Made by a program: the position numbers and the translations under genes. From the IMG/VR virus record IMGVR_UViG_3300029288_000056, positions 160,001 to 224,000 of that record: a stretch of 64,000 nucleotides of DNA; one strand, given 5' to 3'. Positions 1 to 10,248 of the stretch are shown piece by piece. Every line of letters begins with the position of its first letter. Within the stretch, counting starts at the first letter, position 1. The notes below the pieces were generated by a model. The model did not search any database, had not been told where the DNA came from, and was given only the letters and a program-made list of their open reading frames with translations. This DNA is from a virus. Taxonomy: Duplodnaviria > Caudoviricetes.

Positions 1-416
1 TTGCTCACATTCCATGCTTGACGGCTTATCACTATTTTTCCGAGTTCGCAAAACATCATCAATTCCATTATACACAATCAGCCATCGCCAGTTTGTGGAT
101 AGGTCAAGATCGAGCTCTTGAATCTGAGTACTGTCTGGGTCGAACCCAAGAACTCCACGTACCCGCATGGCTTTTCAAGTTAACTTCCAAACGAACAGTC
201 ATTTCTTCTAATTTCCAAATCAACCAAATATGGCCCAGACAATCCGGTGTAATCATCGTTGGCTCTGGACAAAGTGAGCCAAGCCAGTTAAGCTTTTCCT
301 CAAGCCAATCCAACCCTTCGGCAGAAAGTGCTTTTTGTCGTTCACTCTCTTCTGGAAATGTCCATCCGTCTTTTAGTGCCCGTAACTCGTCAATCCGATC
401 TTTTATCATATCACTC

Positions 417-1061
417 CTAGTTATCGAACCAAAAAACGATTCTAACGTCTTCCGGTTTACCCAAGGCTTGTAGTCTTGGGATACATCTGCGATGAAAATG
501 CTCTGTCTCTTTATAATAGGTTGTTTCCCAAAACACTTGCGTATAGTAATGACTTTCCTTGGGCGGGTTTTCGAGTAGCTTATCCATCTCTTCGTTACTG
601 ACCTTAACGACGGCACCACCAACGTCGCCTGCATAAGTCTGAGGCGCCCTACCCCATTTGAACCGCTTATATTCCTCTAAATCGACAAAGCCGCATAGTG
701 TGGCTTTTTGCTGCCAGTCAAAGGCCATCAGTTCTCTCAGGTACAAGAAGCTGTGTGAATGGCCGTCAATACCGTAACGATCCGACAGTCGCTTTACTCC
801 CGCCGTGACGTCTTCAGGGAGGTCTCTTGGCACCGAGATGGGCCAGAAGACCCTTCTTTCTTCTCCGTAAGGGCCTCGCTCGTTTCTCACGCCGGCAAGT
901 ATAGCAAAGAGATTGTAGTTTCTTTCGCAATAAGGCTCGTCTATGTAGAACTCGCTCCAGTCGTACTGTGGCAAATACATGTCGTTCTCGAACCGCTTAC
1001 CGGCCTTAACCCATTTTCCATTACGTATGTACTCAGCGTACGCGTGTATATCGCAACCCAT
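417..1061 (-). CDS. conserved phage hypothetical protein (MGCDIH... family)
   Basis: N-terminal MGCDIH, internal RNYNLFAILAGVRN and C-terminal RIVFWFDN, a pattern typical of a widespread phage hypothetical family; AGGAG SD upstream. Confidence 0.7.
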   Translation of the reverse strand: MGCDIHAYAEYIRNGKWVKAGKRFENDMYLPQYDWSEFYIDEPYCERNYNLFAILAGVRNERGPYGEERRVFWPISVPRDLPEDVTAGVKRLSDRYGIDGHSHSFLYLRELMAFDWQQKATLCGFVDLEEYKRFKWGRAPQTYAGDVGGAVVKVSNEEMDKLLENPPKESHYYTQVFWETTYYKETEHFHRRCIPRLQALGKPEDVRIVFWFDN

Positions 1062-1859
1062 TTTAGTCTCCTTTTATAACATAGTTTTCAGAAAAGTCAA
1101 GCTCTATTTTTGGGATCTTAGGGACAAACTCTATCCAGTTATTCTCCGTCTCGTCACAATCTTTCAGCACCAGCACTCGGTTTCTATTAACTACCTCCAC
1201 AATCATCGGTTCCTCAACCTCACCACAGATCTCTTTCCAAGCTTTTTGGGCTAATTTGATGGCGCGCTTTTTGTCTCTCGCAGCCACTAGGAAGCCTTGA
1301 TTGTTCGGCTCTGGTGGATCCAACAGATCGCCGGCCGTTTCGCTCTCGAACCATATCTCATAGAGAATCATTTAATAACCTTTCTCTGCTCTACTTTGCC
1401 GCAAATCTTACATTTTTCTATCATGAGTTTTCATCTCCAATATCTTCCTCAGTTATATCTAATGACACTATAGTAACTATTTTGCCGGGGATATATTTCA
1501 TTTTCTCACAAGCTAATCTAACATCGCCGCCATCAGCATTTACTATGATTCTATTTCCCCCAATTCTTAGAGTGTAATCCGTCTTTCCAATGTCGTTAAA
1601 ATATTTTTCTACAGTTTCTTCGATACCAATAAAATAATCTGGTATTGTTAATACTAAATTCTTCGCACAATAAAGTCCATGAATAATGACAGACCAACCG
1701 TTCTTGTCCTTTTTATTTAAAAACAAATGATAACGCCCCCAAAATTCCCCACAACCACTTTTGATACACTCATGGTTATACTGGCATTCGATTACGGCAC
1801 AACCTTTTTTGGGGTCAAAGTTATCTATACGGTGCCCATAATTATGTTTACAATTCATT

Positions 1860-1941
1860 TGTCGAGGGAGGGAATCGAACCCTCACGCCCGAAGGCTTCG
1901 GTTTTTAAGACCGAAACGGCTGCCAATTACGTCACCCCGAC
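1860..1941 (-). tRNA. tRNA-Leu(UAA), CCA not encoded
   Basis: Reverse complement folds: acceptor GTCGGGG/CCTCGAC, anticodon arm TCGGT-CTTAAAA-ACCGA, long variable arm GCC-TTCG-GGC, T-loop TTCGATT, discriminator A. Confidence 0.95.
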
Positions 1942-2489
1942 AATTTAATATAACTTATATTCTGTTCACTAAAATACAACTCGGTTAGCGAAATTATGTT
2001 AAAATTCTTATTTTGCTTTATACAAACAACCACTTGTTCTTTTAAGAATTCATGGAGCTTACTATGTGCACTTCTTGTTACCACCAATAGATTACCAGTA
2101 ATGTTATTTGTATTATCACCATCTATATGATGGACCACTTCTCCGGTTTTAAGTTTCCTTCCTAAAATAGACTCTGCAAGTTCTCTATGCGCATATCTAT
2201 TACTCTTGCCACCATGATCATTTTTAAGCCAGCCCATATACTCATAATTATTATCACAATTATTAGAGATTGATTTTCTTAGAACATTACATTCTTGACA
2301 TAATCTTGATCCTTTACGCTGGGAGATATAATTATCACCACATGCAGCACATTGTTTATGATATATTGTATGCCCTTTTTCTAGGTATCTCTGTTTCGCC
2401 CTTTCCCTTGCATCTTTCTTATGACAATCACAGCACACTCTTCTACCGAGAGCTCTAGGCCCTCCACATTTAGTACATATTAAGTCCAA
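1932..2489 (-). CDS. HNH homing endonuclease with N-terminal Zn-finger motifs
   Basis: YAHR...VVHHIDGDNTNN...NL (HNH_3-like); CxxC pairs; AT-rich; stop TGA lies inside tRNA-Leu(UAA). Confidence 0.85.
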   Translation of the reverse strand: MDLICTKCGGPRALGRRVCCDCHKKDARERAKQRYLEKGHTIYHKQCAACGDNYISQRKGSRLCQECNVLRKSISNNCDNNYEYMGWLKNDHGGKSNRYAHRELAESILGRKLKTGEVVHHIDGDNTNNITGNLLVVTRSAHSKLHEFLKEQVVVCIKQNKNFNIISLTELYFSEQNISYIKLSG

Positions 2490-3845
2490 TTATCTTTCCT
2501 TATCTCTACAAATCGAGTCTAGTAGGTAAATTCCGTGATATTGCATCCTTCTCGCAGTTATGAGTGCTTGGCGAACAGCATTGGCAAATTCTTCAAGCTG
2601 CGACTCTTCACCTTCTGGTGAAGAGCACTCTTGACGCCAAATCCCGAAGAGGTGGCCAATAACATCAGGATAATTAAGAAGATTATTCCCTATCCTATGG
2701 AATTCTTCTCGAAGATCATCAAACCGCTTAGATATTTCCCTAGTTCTAGGTGTGTCGGGAAAAATATCCGGAGTAAGATCATAACCGGAATGACAAAAGT
2801 ACCCGTCACTGACTTCTACAATCCTGTTATCTTTAATCTCACGGATCTCTTGTAGCTTAGCATCACAAAAAACCTTGTCACCAACACTGTAGCTCATTTC
2901 TATCTCCTTTATTCTATTTATTTCTCCCCTATAATCCCAAATAAAATGGTGTAGTTTTTCCACCCGGATACAATTGATCCTTGTCTGTCTTCCAGTGCCT
3001 TAGACATTCAGTCATCATACTCATGGCGGAAAATGCAATCATACCTTTCTCATGTTCCGAAGCCGCGTCATAAATATCCTTACCATCTAGCCAATTATTC
3101 GGAAGTTGCGGCCATCCAGCATAACCCTTGGCACTCTCAAAGTATCTTATAACACTACGCATCCACTCTTGAAATGCATCATAGTGTCTAAGTTCAATAC
3201 CATTGAGGATGGTTTTGTTTAGCCCGTTATAATAGTTGTAATAACAAAGCTCTTCTGCTTTATATTCCTTTACATTATGTGGCAAATTCATTTTGTCCCC
3301 TTACTTTATTAGCCATACCTTACAGTTCCTAAACCCTTCCGGCTGATTGTCACCCAGTAAAAGGATGGTACCTCCTAGTGGATGATAGCCACGAGCTGTG
3401 TAAACCGCGATTGATCCGTCCGGAAACTCTACCAATAGCTCTGCTCCAACCCAAATATCACGGCTGCAGACCAAACACGAATTCGGCCGTGTAAACATCT
3501 TCATCTGAAACTCGTCCCATATTTCGGTGATGTTGGAGTCCTTCGTATACATCAAGTAGTCCGTAATGCCGGGAAGCAGTTTGTATTTGTCGCCCCACGT
3601 TACGATCTTATCCTCAACCTTAAGGGGTGTGCGAGTTTCGCTCTTAACTTCCAGAGATGACATAACAAGAGACAGAAACATTATCGTTAGGCACCCTATA
3701 AAAGTGAGACCTATCACGAACCCGTAAATGAACGAGTCTCGTTCTTGTGCGGTTTTCCTATCATGTAGGAGCATTAAAAATCCGACTCCTGCTATTACAA
3801 ACCCGACAAGACCAAGTATAAAAAAGTATAGTCCCACGTCTCCTC

Positions 3846-5684
3846 CTATGTTCGTTTCTGTCCGTACAATTCGAACAGAATATCACCGATTAGTTTGTCG
3901 ATCTTTCCCATGTCGTGCTCTGCTGGCAACGTGGACTTCTCGTGAGCCAGAACGATCTCATTCTCAAGATCTTCTTTCATCACAAAGATTTGGTCCAGAG
4001 TATACTCGCCGTTTTTGATTGCGATCAGTTGCTCGGCGTCGATACCCCGACGATCCACATTAATGACTCCGGTCTTGAGGGCTTCAATGCCTTGTCTCAA
4101 CATCAGCACGAGGTAGCAGGCGTTTTTACTATTGCCATGAATAGCTGGCCGTCCATTATTACGCGTAATTAACGTACCATTAGGAACATCGAAGCAAACA
4201 ATTCTATGGTCAGAAACTAGTTTTTCCTTTATATTGTAGCCCGCTTTCTTGCCGCGGGAATCATATTTTATTTCTGCGTTATGCGGCAAAAAGTTACGTT
4301 TATAAATACAATGAAAACCCTTTGTGATATTAGACTTCATAACCTGATACATAGTCGTATCACCATAGGGGCCACCCTTTGTGTCATAACCACCATATAC
4401 TACACAAGGAATACCAGCTATAATCATAATCGCTTGCAAATCATCGGCTAATCGTTTATAACTTGTATAAATTATATCATTCTGCTTTTTTCTTGTGCCA
4501 TCTCCGGCCATCCAAGCATCCCACAGTATCATGGATTGGCGTGCAGATAAATTAAAACACCATAATGGGACATGTTTATAATTTGAGCCGTTATCCCTAT
4601 TACATCCACAATCTTCTAAAATTTGTTTAGCTATTTTCCCATGTAATACCCAAACGGCGCATTTCTCATAATTATAACTTTTAATTGGAAACACACTCAT
4701 GAGATTATCTATTATCTTGCGGTATTCTCCGCATTTCTTTTGGGTAAAAGAAACACACTTAAATTGTCCGTTTTCACGAAATTGAGCAGACCCATCTGAT
4801 AAATATAAACCAACTAGTTGTATGTATTCATCAGATATGTCGTATTCTTTCTGCTTAATATTCGGTATCGTTCTAATATGAAAGCAATCATCTCTTGATT
4901 TCATAAGATTTTCTAATGATATTAATTCCCAATTAGCAGTGCTCTCATTATAAATAATAGAGTGATTATTAGACTTTTGACGATGCGCGTGGGCTAATAG
5001 TAACCTATGGTTAGGTGTTACAATCGCGCGTGAGCTATGGGTATCTATTTGATACATAAAGCCGCTATATAATTGGTCCGTTTTACTATTATAATGTTGA
5101 AATTCTAGCTCCCCATTACTAATATTGAGTGTGGCTAATCTTGTATTGGGATTTATTTCGTCAAATTTTTTCCACCCTGAATCGGTTAGAAATTCGGTTG
5201 TTACCTCTTCGTAACAGTCGTAGCCGTATTTCTCCTCGTATTCTTTTCTTACTCTTCCGCGCTCACCTTGTCTCAACTTACCGATCAGCTTTTGGTACTG
5301 ATTATAGGCAAAGCCTCTGAAAGTACCGAACAGCTTCTTAGTGATGAACAAGTCTCTATTTTCCATCAGCCTTTCCCAGATCTCGTGCTTATAAGACACG
5401 AACTCATCAGGAAAGAATAGAGTATTCAGGATGCTCGGATTCGAATTGCTCAAGAGCTTCACGTACTTTTGGATCTCATAGATTAGAACGTCGTAGTCGT
5501 CTCGTTGAATTTCTACTTGTTCCCATCTGTTAAGTTCCCAAAAGTCTTTCGGATCAAGGTAAGACACACCAAAGACGTCAGTATCGTGATGTGAAGTCTT
5601 AATGCCAAACACATCACTACCGCGATAACTCAGGAACAATGGTGTCCTGAGCGCTTCAATCTCAAATGGAATCTCTAGTTTCAT
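3846..5684 (-). CDS. Pol-beta-superfamily nucleotidyltransferase (RlaP/YcgL-like, RNA-repair associated), intein-containing
   Basis: GS-x-x-FG-x6-DTD motif, SNPSIL, KYGYD|SK..YL; interrupted by an intein. Confidence 0.8.
   Translation of the reverse strand: MKLEIPFEIEALRTPLFLSYRGSDVFGIKTSHHDTDVFGVSYLDPKDFWELNRWEQVEIQRDDYDVLIYEIQKYVKLLSNSNPSILNTLFFPDEFVSYKHEIWERLMENRDLFITKKLFGTFRGFAYNQYQKLIGKLRQGERGRVRKEYEEKYGYDCYEEVTTEFLTDSGWKKFDEINPNTRLATLNISNGELEFQHYNSKTDQLYSGFMYQIDTHSSRAIVTPNHRLLLAHAHRQKSNNHSIIYNESTANWELISLENLMKSRDDCFHIRTIPNIKQKEYDISDEYIQLVGLYLSDGSAQFRENGQFKCVSFTQKKCGEYRKIIDNLMSVFPIKSYNYEKCAVWVLHGKIAKQILEDCGCNRDNGSNYKHVPLWCFNLSARQSMILWDAWMAGDGTRKKQNDIIYTSYKRLADDLQAIMIIAGIPCVVYGGYDTKGGPYGDTTMYQVMKSNITKGFHCIYKRNFLPHNAEIKYDSRGKKAGYNIKEKLVSDHRIVCFDVPNGTLITRNNGRPAIHGNSKNACYLVLMLRQGIEALKTGVINVDRRGIDAEQLIAIKNGEYTLDQIFVMKEDLENEIVLAHEKSTLPAEHDMGKIDKLIGDILFELYGQKRT
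4131..5216 (-). mobile_element. intein with LAGLIDADG endonuclease (362 aa)
   Basis: Starts CYEEVTTEFLTDSGWK; block B VTPNHRLL; LAGLIDADG helices LVGLYLSDGS and WDAWMAGDGT; block F VCFDVPNG; ends IHGN followed by +1 Ser; visibly more AT-rich than the flanking exteins. Confidence 0.92.
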
Positions 5685-5690
5685 AGTCTT

Positions 5691-5718
5691 ATTCTATCAC
5701 ATTTCTTAGAAAAGTCAA
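5691..5718 (-). promoter_or_regulatory. sigma70-type promoter TTGACT-16-TAGAAT, -10 box 6 nt from the ATG
   Basis: GCTTGACTTTTCTAAGAAATGTGATAGAATAAGACT-ATG. Confidence 0.8.
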
Positions 5719-5724
5719 GCGTTT

Positions 5725-6255
5725 TTATAGACTCAGTATCGTAAAGGGTGGCTTAACATAACAGTCGTGTTCAACCGCGGCTTCTAGGGCCTCAATCAGT
5801 CTTTCCTCTGGTGTCATCCCAAGTACTTTGGCGGTCGTAAAAAGGGACCCTATGGAATAAAACGCTCCCGATCCTATGGCCGCATACTCCCTTGTAGACT
5901 GTACAGCTGATCCATCCTTACCCATCCAAAATAACTTTCCTTGAGTCCCTATCAGTAGTTCAACACCAAGTTCGTCGTCGTCTTTAAATTCGTGTTCCGC
6001 TAGACATTTTCGCATAGCTGCAGAGAAACTTGAGCACATGTACGAATCCAGATCCTTCTTTACTTTTGGCGGAACAAACGCGTGCCGTATAATTTGAGAA
6101 AATCTCAACAAACCTGCACAACCAATTATAAAATCACCCTTAACACAGATCTTGGGCACATTTGTTAGGGAATAAAAACCGTCCTCCCTAGAAATCATAC
6201 CGTCTGTGCCCAAATAAACTTTACCTTCACTAATGATACCTGCTATTGCTGTCAC
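5725..6255 (-). CDS. HslV/proteasome-beta-like Ntn threonine peptidase
   Basis: N-terminal M-T-A-I-A-G nucleophile context, conserved Lys (VPKI), AIGSG motif. Confidence 0.8.
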   Translation of the reverse strand: MTAIAGIISEGKVYLGTDGMISREDGFYSLTNVPKICVKGDFIIGCAGLLRFSQIIRHAFVPPKVKKDLDSYMCSSFSAAMRKCLAEHEFKDDDELGVELLIGTQGKLFWMGKDGSAVQSTREYAAIGSGAFYSIGSLFTTAKVLGMTPEERLIEALEAAVEHDCYVKPPFTILSL

Positions 6256-7171
6256 TTATCTCCTAGTCATAAAAGTAGTTTCCGTCGAATAGGGTGGGGT
6301 TCTTGTCGGACTCGCTGACGTACCCACCCGTTTCAGGGTCAAACTTGTATATGTGAGTCTTCTCGTCACCATAAGTCGCACTATAGGTAGAATCACTATA
6401 ACCGCCGCCGTAACCGCCGCCGTAACCACTCCAGCCCCCGTAAATACGGCTTTTGTAACCAAGGCTAACGGCTGCGCACATGTTATCCCAGAACTTCTTT
6501 GTAGCGTTCTTCATGTTAGCCAGACTACCCTTGAGTGAAGCCGAAGAGAAAGCGTCCAAAGAGTTGTAAATATTTCTTGACTTCATCGCGCAAGAGTACT
6601 CAGCCATCGTCATCACGGTATCGTCTGAAATATCAGTCATGGTATTCTTATCCAAAGAGAGACCGTAGTCGTATCTTGGATAAGTATACGCAGGATATGC
6701 GGGATACGATTGCTTCTTTTGCTTCTTTATTTTCTTCGCTCTGATTCTAGAGCGTATTTTCTTTCCTCGTCTTTTTCGGCTCATTATAAGCTCCTCCTCT
6801 GTAAGCTCGTCGTCAAGTCCCTCGATTAGCCAATCTACCTCGTGCGCACCATTCCCACCGTCGTCCTCACCGTCGTCCTCATAATAAAGAAGGTCGCCCG
6901 GTCTCAGTATATCGCAAGACATACAAGCCCGTCGATAGCCTTTCTCGGTTAGGATAATGTCGTAGCTCTCAACCCACGTATCGCATTGAGGGCACCGTTC
7001 TACACCCATATCAGAGGCAATGAACTCCAGCTCGAAGAGTTCCATTCCGAGCGCGTCGGCTTCCTCGAAACCCAAGTCCTGAGTTCCGATTAAAGCCCAA
7101 ACAACATCCTCAGCTTGCTCCCTCATCTTCTGTGTTATTACTGTCATCGCCATCTTTTCCCTTTCTACTAC

Positions 7172-7200
7172 AATATAACATAGAACGAGTAAAAAGTCAA
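7172..7200 (-). promoter_or_regulatory. sigma70-type promoter TTGACT-17-TATATT
   Basis: Conserved GCTTGACTTTT...TATGT-TATATT. Confidence 0.8.
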
Positions 7201-7203
7201 GCG

Positions 7204-7722
7204 TTATTTTTCAACAATTTTGCAGCACCACATATCGGCCCAGTGCAAAAGTAAAGTCATGGGTTGCTCTTTTTGAGCATAAGAAGCGTTGTCGGGAACG
7301 TAAAGCCCATCATGGGCCCGAATCGCTTGAACCTCGTCAACATTTAGATCCACCTTTCCAGCCAACAGATGAAGGCTTCGTGTCGGGGTATCTATGTACG
7401 TCAGCGCGGCGTTTACTCTGTGTGCCTTCCCGTCCCACAAATACAGAGGCTTGCCCGGTTCGCCCACCTTCCCGAGGTCGTGAAACAGTCCGCAAATAAC
7501 ACAGGACTCGTCGGTTATTTCGGGTCTCATCAGGTTCTTAAGTTTTAACACGGTCTCTGTCACGTTAAGAGAATGGACTATAAGCCCGCCCGGTTGGCAA
7601 CAATGGAATTTCGTGGATGCGGGAGCTGTCTTCCAAACAGTGTTTTGGTTCAACCAATTTAGGAAGTTTACGACCTGCTCTTTGCGCGGGCCCAACATCT
7701 CAACTAACTGTTCGATATGCAT
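7204..7722 (-). CDS. HD-domain phosphohydrolase (YhaM-like HD module)
   Basis: PAS-x-x-FH...GGL-x-x-HS, FHDLGK, HDG, HWAD. Confidence 0.85.
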   Translation of the reverse strand: MHIEQLVEMLGPRKEQVVNFLNWLNQNTVWKTAPASTKFHCCQPGGLIVHSLNVTETVLKLKNLMRPEITDESCVICGLFHDLGKVGEPGKPLYLWDGKAHRVNAALTYIDTPTRSLHLLAGKVDLNVDEVQAIRAHDGLYVPDNASYAQKEQPMTLLLHWADMWCCKIVEK

Positions 7723-8012
7723 TTTTCTCCTTCATAGAGTTCTATTGTTATTCTTACTTTACGATCACCGTTAATGATCTCAAATACACGCGGTCCCTCG
7801 GTCATAATTTTCCAGCCTTCGTATCCTAAAGCCGTCACGCCGTTGGGGTAACGAAAACTGTCGCCAATAAGGATTTCTCCGATACATTCATCAATCTCGC
7901 GCCTTACATTCCAAATTTGCTTTACTGCGTCACTATTATTCGCAAGTAACTTATACTTCTCTGGTACCTTTACATCGTAGGTAAATTCACCCATCTTAAT
8001 CACCTCCAAAAC

Positions 8013-8033
8013 AAAAAACAGCCGTGCGGCTGT
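8013..8033 (-). terminator. intrinsic terminator
   Basis: ACAGCCG/CGGCTGT inverted repeat followed by a T-run on the minus strand. Confidence 0.55.
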
Positions 8034-9237
8034 CTTTATGGGTTGTGTAAAATTTAGTTTATGCCGCTATCACCTATAACAATATTATAAGTGAAATATC
8101 CCATCAAAGTCCTTTCTTGATCTCCACTGAAGGAGCGCTCTCATTAACATGTTTTCCTTAGATTTGGTGTACTCACTGATCGTCGTTAGATCGCCTATCC
8201 GGCTTGCTAAGTCGGCTAGGGCTTTTTGATAAGCTGAAGCCTTAGGGTTGTCGGTCCTAATGAGTACCATGTTTTCCAGTATCTCAGCCCTATTTAGCTG
8301 CCACATTAACAGTATAATTCTGCCCACGAGGTATTCTTCAAACGCGTTTTCGGCCACATAGACCGTTCTTACCGCATTCGCAAAATCCTTAAACATCCTC
8401 TCATCCTCTACATCAGGCAACACGACATTGTGTGGTACAAATAACTTAATTCTCGGCTTGTTACGCGACCGTGCTACAGGACCATTGATCGCGTTTCGTA
8501 TATCTTCGGCGGTTGCTTTTTGTGCTTCTTGAATCTCTTGAGGTTGAGAAGGGACAAGGTCTTTACTCTCTTGTTCTTCTTCGGACATAACACACAGTCT
8601 AAGTTATAAACACATTTAAAGTCGACACGGTTAATCTTCTTCATTTTCTTCAGAAATTTCTGCAGAATCTTCATGTCTAAGTTGTTCACAGGTTTTTGGA
8701 ATAACAAATGCTTCAAAACGATATCCCTTGCCTGTCTCTGGCCTATGAGATATTGCGGTTCGCAATTTTCCATTATTAACAGCTATGGGTATTCCGAGTC
8801 CACCAATGACGGCGGTCTTATCGGCGTCAACATAACACCAAGATCGCTTACATTTGCAGTAGACTTTTTCTTTTCCACTGATGGCGCGAACATCTTCGCA
8901 ATCAGGGCAATACAGTAGTTTCATAATTAACCTTCTATTTTCGGTTTTCTTGTGTATTTTCTCTTCTTAACCGCTTCCACGGGTACTTCGGTTTTTTCAG
9001 GCTCAATCTCTCTATTTCCAACGACCTTGGGTCTACAGAAGTTGAGCTTATTTTTTTCATGGCTACAGCGGCCGGTTTCGTCCATATAGAACTGGCATGC
9101 CGGTCGTCTATGCGGTTTGGTTGAAGAGATAACTTCTGGATTTTCACCAATAGCCTCTAGAAAATCACAGTGATACACGAATAGATAATTGTTAAACATA
9201 GTCTTCCTCCTACACGGTTACGTATCTTCACGATACA

Positions 9238-9492
9238 CTAAATTCTTCTCTTTATAATAGAAATATCATTTGTATAAACAGGGTGTATTTCACCTGTACT
9301 AGTTGCCCATATAATATCACAGTAATAATACCCCGGTGATACATTTGTTTCGGTAGGTGTGAGATTAAATATGGCTACACCCTGACTACCTCTGGTAGTG
9401 ACGTCAGCATTTTTAGTTAAAATAATATTAAAATAAAGACCATTGTTGATAAATGGGTATAAAAATACACCCTTTTTAGAGGGTGTATTATA
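9238..9492 (-). pseudogene. start-less reading frame resembling a BppU-like baseplate protein fragment
   Basis: Open frame with no ATG/GTG/TTG encoding ...GVAIFNLTPTETNVSPGYYYCDIIW... Confidence 0.4.
9461..9489. terminator. terminator-like hairpin downstream of def
   Basis: AATACACCCT/AGGGTGTATT 10-bp stem with an A/T run. Confidence 0.7.
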
Positions 9493-9511
9493 TCATCGGG
9501 GAAAACTGTTT

Positions 9512-10042
9512 TTAATTAGTTTTTAATTGCTCTATTCGCTTCCTCAGCTGCCGCACCATGTTACCAACCTTGATGCGTTCCATCGTGCTGATTCTCTCAA
9601 GCATCGTTATTCCGTTAAGGTGGTCAACTTCATGATACGCAATACGCGCTTCAAACTCTGTAAACTCGGTTTGAACCCTGTTACCACTGATGTCGTTAAA
9701 CTCAACCGTCAGTTTGGTGGGTCGCTGCACTGTTATGTAAAGGTCGGGAAAACTAAGGCATCCCTCGTAGTCCCTGATCTTTATTCCGTCTTCACTGATG
9801 ATTGTCGGATTTGTCAGTGTGGCGTACCCGACAACCTCGTAGCTGTCTTTAACCGGCTTTACTCTGGCCACGATGCACATTTGTTTGTTTATGCCGATCT
9901 GATTCGCAGCTAGCCCCATCGCTTTCTTTTCAAGAAAGACACTGACCAGCTCTTTTTCAAGTTCAGCCACGGTCTCGTCAAAGGCCTCAATTGGCTGACA
10001 GACTTCTTTTAGGATAGGATCTCCAAAGTACCTAAGTGGCAT
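9512..10042 (-). CDS. def: peptide deformylase
   Basis: GLAANQIG, EGCLS and HEVDHLNG motifs; start at MPLRYFGDP after AAAGGG. Confidence 0.95.
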   Translation of the reverse strand: MPLRYFGDPILKEVCQPIEAFDETVAELEKELVSVFLEKKAMGLAANQIGINKQMCIVARVKPVKDSYEVVGYATLTNPTIISEDGIKIRDYEGCLSFPDLYITVQRPTKLTVEFNDISGNRVQTEFTEFEARIAYHEVDHLNGITMLERISTMERIKVGNMVRQLRKRIEQLKTN

Positions 10043-10211
10043 TTTTACCCTTTCTGTTTTCGTATCGGTTTCCACACCCGACTCCGCTCAGAAGTGTGTG
10101 TACTTCGTCGCACATATGGATATTGGTAGTATAAAATGAATTGCAGCTCATTCTATAGTACCTCACAACATATTTCAACCAAAGCCCTGCAAGGCTCACG
10201 AAAACAGTCTA

Positions 10212-10240
10212 ATACTATCATAAACTTGTGCAAAAGTCAA
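10212..10240 (-). promoter_or_regulatory. sigma70-type promoter TTGACT-17-TAGTAT
   Basis: Conserved motif copy. Confidence 0.8.
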
Positions 10241-10248
10241 GCGTTATT

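Noticed and set aside
1073-1100. Sixteenth promoter copy (GCTTGACTTTT...TATGT-TATAAA)
   Set aside because: The -10 box lacks the final T and the site lies within a CDS; plausible but not counted
6398-6445. Short tandem repeat (taaccgccgccg) as CRISPR or VNTR
   Set aside because: It encodes the GYGG low-complexity tract; no spacers and no cas genes
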